Of a DNA stretch of 64,000 nt, positions 1 through 11,377 are shown in pieces. Under the pieces are notes generated by a model. It did no database searches, was not told the DNA's origin, and saw only the letters and a program-made list of their open reading frames with translations. Made by a program: the position numbers and the translations under genes. Positions within the stretch are counted from its first letter, which is position 1; every line of letters begins with the position of its first letter. Origin of the DNA: Pecten maximus (Eukaryota); NCBI RefSeq assembly GCF_902652985.1, contig NC_047026.1:13020001-13084000 (forward strand), read 5' to 3'.

Positions 1-218
1 ATTATAAGACACATGGTACAATTTTCCATGAAAGTATTTATAACACTTACTATCCTTGTATTATTTTTTTGATATAAATGCATATCAAAAATGGTGCATA
101 TTTTTACTCTCAATAAATATTATATATATGTACTTCTGTTCTTTGAACTCTTAAAATGGAAGTTTTGGCTGATATGGCACATCAAAAGAGAAATTGTTGG
201 ATAAAACAGGAGGAAATC

Positions 219-580
219 TAAACATAAACATAAAGCTTTAATTAATACAACTGTTTCAAGTTTTTTTTATTCATCATCAAATATTAAACAAATTTACTCA
301 AAAGTTGTTATAATTTTTTCATTAAATTAGTTCTATAAGCTTATAATCACTTGGGTGTCTATATAATATTGTTTCATAACCTAACTCTGAACTCTGAATG
401 AGCTGGACGTAATAGTATAAAGTGCATCTCATCTTCTACATTATTTTTTTACAGACTGTGTACAGTACAAATTCTTTCAAATCTCGTAATGTCATTATAG
501 CACCGAGACTCAATGTAAAGAGAACATGCCTGTATATGAAATTTACTTAATATTTGTTTGGTATTGGATTTAAGAGACCA
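219..580 (-). mobile_element. Decayed 3' end of a LINE (CR1/L2-group-like)
   Basis: Minus-strand translation with a stop gives ISKFHIQACSLYIESRCY..ERICTV..NVEDEMHFIL, resembling the C-terminal C..C..E..HF motif of LINE ORF2. It ends in a short (TTTATG)n tail near 219-240. Confidence 0.6.
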
Positions 581-1328
581 TAATAAATCATTATAACTGC
601 AGTGATATTTGACCTATTGAACTTGTGCTTGCATTTCTCATGGCTGGATCAGGTGAGCTCACCTCAAAATTTCCATAATCAATCATTATAACAGTGATAT
701 TTGACCTATTGAACTTGTACTTGCATTTCTCATAGCTGGATCAGGTGAGCTCACCTCAAAATTTCCATAATCAATCATTATAACAGTGATATTTGACCTA
801 TTGAACTTGTGCTTGCATTTCTCATGGCTGGATCAGGTGAGCTCACCTTAAAATGACCGTAATAAATCATTATAACAGTGATATTTGACCTATTGAACTT
901 GTGCTTGCATTTCTCATGGCTGGATCAGGTAAGCTCACCTCAAAGTGACCATAATAAATCATTTTAACAGTGACATTTGACCTATTGAACTTGTGCTTGC
1001 ATTTCTCATGGCTGGATCAGGTGAGCTCACCTCAAAATGACCATAATAAATCATTATGACAGTGATATTTGACCTATTGAACTTGTACTTGCATTTCTCA
1101 TGGCTGGATCAGGTCAGCTCACCTCAAAATTACCATAATCAATCATTATAACAGTGATATTTGACCTATTGAACTTGTACTTGCATTTCTCATGGCTGGA
1201 TCAGGTAAGCTCACCTCAAAATGACCATAATAAATCATTATAACAGTGATATTTGACCCATTGAACTTGTGCTTGCATTTCTCATGGCTGGATCAGGTGA
1301 GCTCACCTCAAAATGACCACAATAAACC
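577..1328. repeat. 92-bp tandem repeat, about 8 copies
   Basis: The unit CAGTGATATTTGACCTATTGAACTTGT..GGATCAGGTGAGCTCACCTCAAAA..CATTATAA recurs at 600, 692, 784, 876 and onward, with few substitutions. Confidence 0.97.
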
Positions 1329-1765
1329 AGTTCAAGTTATATTTGAAAAGCATTTAAAGATAAAAGTGTTAGCTTTTGAAAAAATATTTTGGTCTAATCT
1401 GATCTTAAAAGATCTAGTTCACTGATACTACATAATTGATACATATAATCTTGTACATGTAAATAATTTGTTTCTAGGAATCAAATCAAGTTCTCTTGTG
1501 CTGATGAAGTTGGTTTAAATGAAATCTAAAATGAAATAACCCAAATTAATATTAATTGGAAAGTTTGTGTGCTGTTTATAAACTAGTCTTCCAGGTAAGA
1601 TAATTGGAAAGTATATGAACTTACAGAGAGTAACTGACAATTTATAATTCATTTCAAGAATGTTCAACAATTTTACAACTTTTCATAAAGGTTTGATATA
1701 CATATACACTGCCCATAATAAAATGGGTTGTTAAAGGTACACGATATATATATATATATATATAT

Positions 1766-1980
1766 AATATACGACTTCCACAATGATCATGTCAGGGTAT
1801 CAGGCCGACCATCACTGTACCATTGAAACGTTCTTTTTTAAGAACGCCGATGTGGCGCAGCGGTATAGGCTGCGGATATTTCTGCCTAGGCGATTGGGTG
1901 CCTAGATCGTGAGTTCGAGGCCCGGTCAGGGCACGAGTCAAAAAGTTGTCTAGCTTCCTTCGTCATTTGTGTTTCTAAGC
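1766..1980 (+). mobile_element. Element with a tRNA-derived head (SINE-like), lying between (TA)n tracts
   Basis: Pol III A-box-like TGGCGCAGCGG (~1853) and B-box-like GTTCGAGGCC (~1912). Flanked by (TA)n at ~1744-1765 and 1981-1998. Confidence 0.55.
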
Positions 1981-1999
1981 TATATATATATATATATAA

Positions 2000-2355
2000 G
2001 GGTCAAAGAAGTAATATGAACAGTATAATCCAGATAACACTCTTTGAACTCTTTGATATACTTTCATGTGCGGGGGAATTCAAAATATCTCTGCCGTTGG
2101 TCGCATAGCGTTCTAGTGTTGAACATGATGCAGTCACGCTAGTATCCGCCTTCGGCCCACGTTTGCCGAAGGGTTCATTGTGGTTTCTCCAGTTACTAAA
2201 ACATTATTCTTATTGTATTTTATTGTATTTCCAGTACTTCTTATATAGATTATGTGATTGTATTTGTAATTTTTTGTGTTTTGATAAAGGGGCGGATTGC
2301 CTCGAAAATTTAACAAGCCTTATTGTTTACACTGTTTGAATTACTTCTTTGCCCC
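2000..2355. mobile_element. MITE with ~29-bp imperfect TIRs inserted in a (TA)n microsatellite
   Basis: Left end GGGTCAAAGAAGTAATATGAACAGTATAA versus reverse complement of right end GGGGCAAAGAAGTAATTCAAACAGTGTAA. (TA)n on both sides. Confidence 0.75.
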
Positions 2356-5300
2356 ATATATATATATATATGATGTAACTTTAGGAATGATTTCATTGAT
2401 TTTGAACACAGAAGATTTTTTTCATTTTTGAAGATTTTTCAACAGCACATATACATTTACAATTTAATTTTATTCATACATCATGCATACATTCCTTCCA
2501 TTCTTCATAAATTCAACACATAACATAGAAGTTGGCCCTTTCAGTTTCTGCAGATCAACAAGTTTATAAGTCTGGATTGAAGAAAGTACAAAACTTTATT
2601 GTAAATAACTGGCTGATGATACTCAATCGTATAAAATAGTAAAAGTAGTATTGTATATATATGCTAAAGGAAATGACCATATCTATCTTGCAAAATGCCC
2701 ATGCCCAATAATAATCCCAGCCACGTCAATTGTAGTTTAATGAAAATGCTTACAAATACAAATACATGTACCTTAAGATTGCCCTGTCATAAACTTACTG
2801 TGGCTATACTTTATGTTAATGTTTTTTATTGGTCAGCAAGGCTTATTACAAGATAATATTTTTACATGGTATAAAATTACCATAATCAGAAAAGTATATA
2901 TAATATTGGGTCAATTGGTTTAATTTGAGTCAACGATAACTATATATAGTAAGCCAGAGGTCCTGTGTTTGATCCCTAGCTCTCAGTTATGGTGCTGCAA
3001 GTATGGACTCGTGAATAATGAATTGCATTACATTTAAAAACATCTCTATAACTTATGGAAAATCAAGGAAACATTTTAACTTGAGAAGGAGTATATAATG
3101 AGCATGCATACAGTGTTTTTCCTGTCTGTATAACTGTGTGCGCAAAAGACTCCATTCCCCATCTGTTTTAGCCTTATTTTCCCCAAAAAGGCATTATAAA
3201 TACCCAGTTGTGTCCATTGATTAAAACTTCCAAAAAACACAAAAAAAATAAAATGGCAATTTACAGAAAACTACTGATCAGAGAAGAGGACAGTTAATGG
3301 TAAAAATTGGTGTGTGTGCCATGATATATACATCTAGAATTTAAACTGCATTATAAAACTTGTAAGCATGATATACCAGGGACGTATAATAAGATGTCCC
3401 TGGATATACTAATGAAAGAAGGCCATGTTTTTTAACATAATTTGGTCAATTGAAATTTTCCAAAAACACTGTCACAAAACTTGTTAGTCATGCAGAGGTC
3501 CCTATCGTTTGCTACATGTACCTTAATTGTAAAAGCATTGAAATAATTATACATGTAATTTATCATGGGAATATTATCTGCAGCATGGCCGTATATTTAC
3601 CTGGTAACATATTTAAGATATAACTTATAAAATACACAAACTATATAATTTCAGATGGACGGTTGCTCATTGAATAGTATGTTTTAGGTTAGCTTCTTGT
3701 TGTTTCTATCTTTAAATTGCCTATGTCAATAATGTTGGGAAATGATCTTTTACTTGTACACGTGCTAAGCACCTATGCTCATCCAAGGAATAAGGAAATA
3801 ATAAAATAAAGCAGTAAATTCCACAGTACATTTCTGCTATACTTACCTTTAATTTTGGTACACCTGCTTTCCCAACCGTTATATTTTTTTCTGCGTTGAA
3901 TCTTTGTTTACATCTTGTATGCAAACGAGGTGTAACATACGCCGCTCACAGACAACGTTTTACAGATGCTAGCGTAGTATTCGCGGGTTTCCCGACACAC
4001 TTAATATAATTATGTGATTCCAAGATCTTCACTGTGGTGTTTTCGAATGTTGACACATTTGATTATCATCATTAACAGTGAAATACTTGTATTATGATCT
4101 GAAAACTTGTAACTCTCACGGCGGAAATGACAATTTTCATTGCACATGCGCGCTTGCAATTCTCACGGTACTTGCAAAGTACACGCTACATGGGGCACTC
4201 GCTACAATGTCCGAGTTTTGAATAGTTTAGTATAAGTGGGCCGTTGAGAACATCACAAAACAACACCGTCTCCCGGTTTCAGACTCTTGTATTCAGTATC
4301 AGCAACGTGTACAACAGTTACACAGATTGAGGTAAATCCCTCTCAAACAGATCCAGCACAATCCGACATAGCAACACCTAGGCACCTCGAATTCTAAACA
4401 TACACGTAAACATTTAGATGGTAATTAAGGATGAGTATATGATGACCATAGGTAATATAGACAGAGGACCTATAAAGAACCCCCAGAGTGATCTCCCGAA
4501 ACCATGGGCCAATAAATCCCAAACAGTGTTAAACGTAGACCAGTAGCCAAGGATCAAGGTAATTAAACGTTATCAGTGAATGACCGGTGCATTACGATGC
4601 CTAAAATCTCACGGTCATCATGTACATAATTAAGTCGGGCAATGTAGGGCAAATAGGGCACCCCATCTAATTACTCATGGTCAACATAAACCTGAACTAC
4701 TAAAACTACTAACACTAACATTTCTAACTAAATACAATAGAATAACGAAATATACTACAATTGATTAATTAAATGAAGTATCGCCAACCAAATACGTCAT
4801 TATATAAGATATCTTACTTAGATATAGAATATATTTTATATCATATAAGATATCTTATACTGTAGATCTATCTGCAGTACTGCGATATAGATATTTTGCA
4901 TATCAATGAGTTTTCTTGATAAGATATCTTAATTTTATAAGAGATGTCTTATGTAATATGCAAGACATCTTATATTCTTTTACACATACAACCAGAGACA
5001 TATATGTCTCTGATACAGCTTATGGATATCTTTCTGTCCGGATCAGAAAATTGAATTGGGTCTGGTGCCGAGATACAAGCTTTCACCGCCATCTGCAATT
5101 TCTAAAGCGTCTGCTGCACCTAGGATTGAATGTGACCGCAAGGAGGAAACAGCACGCCACCGGGGACGATACGCTAAAAACTGGACACGTTTGCGAAGGA
5201 CTCGACTCCATATTTACACAGTAAGATAATTTATTTCAATTTCGGACAAGATGTATTTATTGTCCGAGTCACATCGGAAATAGTCCGAATTCAAAACACT

Positions 5301-6111
5301 GCTGACAGGACACGAGACAAACGTCATGAAGTTGCAAAGCTTAGAAACCGTTACAAAAAATAATGACAATTAAATTGATTACGTTATGTAACTTTTAGTT
5401 TCTTTTTATTGATGCATATATCGCGGAAACATAACTACAGAATTTCATTGGTTGGTGTATTACTTCATAAAACATAAATGTCGTTAATCTTACAGAATTA
5501 TCTCCCTTTATTATTTTAGGTCTCCCACAACTAATTATTTCACTAATGTTATATCTTATTACCAATTATGGCATTATACCACAATTAATCTACCATAGAA
5601 AAATCAAAATTAAAATATTTCAAAATTTTACAAAAAATCTGGTTTTCATATATCACATTGTAGAACTATTCAAGCTGAACCTACAGTTAACTAGGAAGTG
5701 CCTTATTTATGACCAGCATTTAAGAAAGATCCAATACAATGTTGTAATTGGAAGGTAAAGCTCCTGCCAATGCTCGCGTTCGAACTAGTGACCCCGAGAT
5801 CGCTAAGCAGACATCGTACAACTAGATAAAAAGAGTTCTGGCACTCCAGAACTTACTGCTTTATCCACTGTTACAATATTAGTCAAATGAATGAATTGTT
5901 ATTTTTTCATTTCACTATGATTTATAAGATTCAGAACAAACCCTTACATGTTTTTTTCATCTTTTATTTTTCTAGCAACGCTCTGTAACTTCATAGCATG
6001 GCACATCTGTTAAATTATCCTTGTGAAAAGATTAATCTTGAAGGATGAGAATTCAAATTTAAAAAAGAATTATGTTTTTACAGGTAATATAGAACCCTTC
6101 CAGATGCAGCT

Positions 6112-9100
6112 ATGAAGTACTACACAGGAAGCTATTTATTTCCTTTTCAATGGGACCAAGTTGCTACTGCATACTGGCAGAAATATTCCTTACACAAAAG
6201 GTATATTACACAAATCACATTTTTTTAATATGTATAATTTTCACTTTTTATATGGTGTCCTTGTTGTGTAATTGTGAATTTTTTCTATCCTGATAATGTA
6301 TTCACATGACGGGTCTTTTTATTAGTCTAGTAAATATTTCAGCATATTTCTCTATTTATTAAAAAAAATCATCAGTTCATAAAAGAAGATATAATGAAAA
6401 AATGACTGGGGATGCAACTACATGTATTACCCTTGGACATTGATCCAAAGTGGTGTCAGGGTGTGTATTTGGTGTATTCAGTAGTATACTGGATATACAC
6501 CGGTGGATCGCGATCACTTTCACTACGATACCAATATCGATCCCAAGGCAATTTTACGATACCTATATTGATCCTGTGTCTTGCTCTTATTGTTTATTTG
6601 TTTAATACATAAATGCATAAATGCATTTTCTTCGGAAAGACTTGAATTCAAATTAAATGACAATTGTCGAAAACGAAAGTGTTATCGATTTCCGGGAAAC
6701 CGGAGCGCTACTCTGAAAGTGAAAGCAGTTAAATGATTGGTTGAGGCCAGCTGCAGTAGGCCAATCAGAAAGCGTTTGACAAATACTCGTTCACAACAAA
6801 CCAAACATCATGGCGAACAACTGGATAACTATGGTTTCTCTATGTATTGCGATATGTATCGGATCATAGCACTAGTATCATGATACGTATCTGATCGGGG
6901 CATCACTGTATTGTCCCAGCCCTACTAACCAGGCTATTGGTGATTTTTTTTTTTTGCCGTTTCTATAGGCTATGATAGGTGGGTCTGGGGAAAATGTCAG
7001 GTAGGATAGTAGCAATAATTTGCTGATAAGTTTTGATCTGTTTCGCAAGCCTGGGGGCACGGTGGTCAGTTGTGAGTACGAGTAGTAAGCCCTTGGTAGG
7101 TAGTCTAGGTTTAGGTCTTAGAAGGCCGAGGCTCTCTCTGACATGTGCTAGGTGGAAGGCCTGACTAAGTACCGTGGATGGGTATTCCTGATGGTGGTGA
7201 GCTTTGACAAGTGGGATCGAATGTCTGAGGAAATCTGATTCAAGTGTGCATAATCTGCGTAGCCTGAGAAATTGGCCACATGGTCCTGCTCGTTTGCAGT
7301 GGGATGGGTGATGGGAAGAGTAATGCAGGTAGTTGTGTTTATCAGTGGTGTTGAGGCCTTACTGAATGGAGTATTCCATTGTGAATTTAATGCTGTGATA
7401 GAATTCAAAGTTGTTGCAGTGATTGTAGAATGCTTCAAGTTGGGCGAGGGTTCCCGTCCAAATCATATATTGGTGTGGTGCTGTTTTCAGCATTTTATCA
7501 TATGTTCAAGATCACCCATAAAGATATTGGCAAATGAGAAGGCCACTTTGGTACCCATACTAGTTCCTCCTGTTTGTAAATTTTTTGTTGTTAAACTTAA
7601 AGTTGTTACAGTATAAGACGAGTTTTAGTAGTTCTAGTATGCTGATTAGAGAGGGTGTATATAGGTTTATGCATGGTGACATTGGTGAGCGCTTGTACTA
7701 CAGCTTGGAGACCTTCATGGTTAGGTATATTGGTGTACAATGATGTCACGTCATTGGTGACCATGATGAAGCCCCTAGGTTAGGGGTGAACTTTTTCAAT
7801 TTTCACACTTTCCTTACTCTCAGTCATTTTTCATAAAAGAAGATATCTTTTACATTTAAAGTTTTGATTGACATAAAAGATACCTCTATTTCTGCTAACA
7901 TGACCAGCCCTTATGTTTTCATACTCACCCAGAATTTTGTTTGCAAAAGATATTTTACTGTTAATAAGTCAACTATTCTTTCTATATGTCTATAACTGTA
8001 ATAGCGAAATCTTTAAAGCTAGTTTTATATGGTGTTTTTTTTTCTCTTGAGTTAGTTATTTTTGAAAAGTTACAAAAATTACAAGTTTGTGTGACCTGTT
8101 TCTACCACAATAGATGTTTTGAGAATGGATTGACCTGTATATCAAATGAGGTTTAAGGATATTGCCTAAAGTGAAATGCCGCTCATGAATATGCAAAAGT
8201 AACAATTCCGGAAATATGTGGGAATTTTACCATTTGTTGCAAATCAGAACAAACAATTTTTGCCAGAATATGAATTGTATAAATTATCGTTTCAGTAAAC
8301 ACATAATTTCGGAGGATGTGCTGTCCCGCCAGATTATTGAAGGGAAACTTTTCACAAAGAGACTGATCAATAAGTCAGTTAACTACGCAGAGAAGGTTGT
8401 GAACAGACTGACACGTAACAGAGACAAGAAGACATGGGTTATAGAGGAATCCATTGTGGACCCAGTAACGAAAACTATGATCACCTACACACGAAACATT
8501 GGTCACAGGGATTTAGCTGTAAGTATAGCACAGTACAGTCTACCCTCTTTATATCGCCACATTTCGTCCACGACAGTTATGGCGGTATAACGAGGGTGGC
8601 GATAGTATCGAATTATGGAAATTACAACCATGGAATGGATAAGGAGTTTTCATTTTCAACGTTAACCAGATAATCTCGCCGTAACAACATTAACACGATT
8701 TACAGTATACTGTACATGTACATAATGTAGATTCGTTAGTCAATTATTCTAAGTCACAAATTTCTGGAAATAGTCATTGATCTGCTTTTGCCGCATGCCA
8801 TCCTTTATTATCTGTCGAAATTTATGCGAAAGTATTCGGCAGTGGCTTTTCCACCTAGACTGATGAAGCCAAACGTTCATACCATACACTATAGGAAAAC
8901 AAAGTAAGTATAAATCAGCCATGCTATTATTCCAAACCAAACCATAAGTTTCGGTGGATGTGACATGATAAAAACAACATCCTAATATCGATCTACCTCA
9001 GCGATAGAAAATCGTAAAAGCGTAGAGCTGTGTCACTTGTACAATTTGCAAGTGAAAACAGGAAATGTCCTATGTCTATAAATAGAACACTAAAGAGTTC

Positions 9101-11377
9101 CTCGATCACCAAAAACAGAATAAAATTGCGATATCCTTGAGGGAAATATGTAGCAATTTGGGACGTTTGTATTGTAACAAACATGGCGTATGGTGGTATG
9201 CGAGGGTGGCGAACTTAAAAGGGAATTATATAGGGGAAATTCGTTCCAGAGCTTTAGGTAGAGGTATGCGAGGCTGTCGGTAGATTCGGGTGGCGACAGT
9301 TTGAGGGTAGACTGTAAGATATATTATACATAAAAGATTAGCTTCCAGGATTTAGTCTTGAGGTGAAAAACATTTCTAAAACGCTATTTCCATTTATGTA
9401 CATAGCTTTTCTGGTTCTCTCCTGTTACTGTACAATAAAACTTAAGTTATGCATTATTTTTAGCCCACCATCATCAGATGGTAGACTATTCAAATCGCCC
9501 TGTGTCCATGGTCTGTGTCCGTCAGTTGTCCATCATCCATCCGTAAACAAACCTTGCTATCACTGTTCGTGGAAGGTACTGGAGGAATATTCCTCAAAAT
9601 TCATGTGTAGGTTCCCGTTGGTCCCTTATTGTGTCATTTGAATTTAGATTTTTGATCAGAAAAACAAAATGGCTGACAGGCAGGCTTCTTTGATTTTGAC
9701 AATTGAAGTTTGTTATCGCTATTTCTTGAAAAGTACTGGAGGGATGTTCGTCAAACTTCATGTGTAGGTTCCCCTTGATCCCAAATCAATTCAGATTTTT
9801 GACCGGAAAAAGAAGATGGCCGTCAGATGCACGTGGCTGTCTTTAATTTTTACATTTGAAATTTGTTAAAGCTATCTCTTGAAAAGTATACTTTGTGGAT
9901 GTTTCTCAAAACTAAGGTTCCCCTTCGTCTGTAGTTGTGCCAAATCATCTTTAATTGACTGTTAAAAATTCTATGTTTTATTCTTGCGAAGTTTGTTTAT
10001 TACACCTCGAATGCAAGTTCAAATTATAAAAAAACGAGGGGGGGGAAAAGAACAAAAATTAGCCATATATATAAACAATACACATAATATTTATTTCTCT
10101 CGGTACAACTACGACAGGAAATTCAAATCTATATCTTCGGATCACCAAGACATAGTGTATATGATACATTGTGCTAATAAATAGATATATAACTTGGCAA
10201 CACAAATGACGAAGGAAGAAAACTTTTTGACCAATACACATAATATATATGTATATATATATAAAGGTGGGCACTAGAATCCCTCTGGGATCAGATCTCT
10301 TGTCAAAAAAGAAAATGATCTGGAAATTATATTATGTGTTTTTTAGACATTTTTGATAAATTTTCAGAAGAGATTAGCTTTCTTTAAAGAGATTTCATTT
10401 GGGTGATTTTTTTTTAAGCATTTTATTCCCAAAATGTACATGTAATCTGGAAGATTATCTCCCCTATTCCATACAGACTACATACACACTTTGAAATACC
10501 AAAATCTCAAAGTCTTAAAAATAAAGTGCATATATGTACACAAAGCTGTTCAGATTCAAGAATGTCAAATATCTGTTTATCTCGATTTTACTTTTCAATT
10601 CCAATTTAGTGATCTATTGTGTATAATAGCTGGTATATAATGTATTTCACAAATGTTTCATGTTATGCTAAATAAAATTGATTACTTTGTTCTCAGGCCA
10701 ATTTTTCTAAAAGAGATAAGGGAGGGAGTTAAGTGTATTATATCATTTTATTGGTGAATAAACACATGAGGGCATGTTTTTTTTACCCTACTTTTCAAAC
10801 CAGTCATTTTCAGAGACATGTACTTCAAAAAGATTCTCAGCCTTTCTCAGCCTTTCTCAGCCCAACAGATGAAGGTATAAATCAGAAGTACTGAACATGA
10901 GTGATGTTGCGCAAACAGTTTGCCCAAAACTTGAAACTTCATTCAAAATTTGTCAACAAAAATCTTTTAGGATGATATTGTGGTGTCGACAGCTCAGTCC
11001 ACTAAAATAACCAAGAATGTTTATACATCTTAACTGTTCAATGATGTTTTCTACATTTTCAGGTGGTTGAAGAAAAATGTGTTTACAAAGCGAACCCAGA
11101 GAAAATTGATGAAGTTGTACAGGATAAAAGTGCTTGGATATATTCAGATCAGCTCTTCTTTGGCAAAATCATACAAAATATAGTTTATCAAAACTTCAAA
11201 CGCCGCGCTGGAAAATCAAGTGGAGAACTTCATAGTGTCTTAACTAAACTGTTTAAAGTGGAACCGATGGACCCTACAAGTAATCCCGGTATCGTGCCAT
11301 TGCTGAAGGAACATGACATAAAGGGAAAGGCAATTCGTGCAACGAAAAGCGTCGCTCAAAAGACACCTAAACTTTAA
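6112..11377 (+). CDS. PRELID1: PRELI domain-containing protein 1-like (Ups1/PRELID1 mitochondrial lipid-transfer family), 208 aa
   Basis: Coding exons 6112-6200, 8296-8518 and 11063-11377 (627 nt, GT-AG, phases consistent). Protein MKYYTGSYLFPFQWDQVATAYWQKY..SKHIISEDVLSR..RLINK..WVIEESIVDPVTKTMITYTRNI..VVEEKCVY..AWI matches PRELID1 motifs (WDQV, HVLTED, EDSIVDP, VVEERCVY). A probable non-coding first exon ends at 5220 (GTAAG donor at 5221). Confidence 0.9.
6930..7790 (-). mobile_element. Penelope-like retroelement reverse transcriptase fragment (frameshifted), inside a PRELID1 intron
   Basis: Minus-strand peptides VTNDVTSLYTNIP, QTGGTSMGTKVAFSFANIFMG, SIKFTMEYS and TDKHNYLHYSSHHP are characteristic of Penelope-like RTs. 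Confidence 0.85.
8536..9314. mobile_element. Tc1/mariner (pogo/Tigger-type) MITE, 779 bp
   Basis: TIR CAGTCTACCCTC ... GAGGGTAGACTG, TA duplication at 8534-8535 and 9315-9316, subterminal GTGGCGA repeats, no transposase ORF. Confidence 0.85.
9457..9950 (+). mobile_element. Non-autonomous Helentron/HINE (pearl/DTC84-like) element, partial
   Basis: Starts TTTTAGCCCACC, then a (GTCC/CATC)n microsatellite-like tract, then about three ~156-bp core repeats containing GAAAAGTACTGGAGG..CATGTGTAGGTTCCC. Confidence 0.6.

Noticed and set aside
577-1328. Regular repeat array with palindromes as a possible CRISPR array
   Set aside because: Whole units repeat with no unique spacers, there are no cas genes, and the context is eukaryotic.
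1846-1935. tRNA gene
   Set aside because: A and B boxes are present but I could not build a canonical cloverleaf. It is better explained as a SINE-like head, as are the heads at 32974, 37483 and 56820.
4916-5224. 102-aa ORF as a PRELID1 N-terminal coding exon
   Set aside because: Non-ATG start, no family similarity, and the PRELI homology begins at ATG 6112. The region is more likely promoter and 5'UTR.
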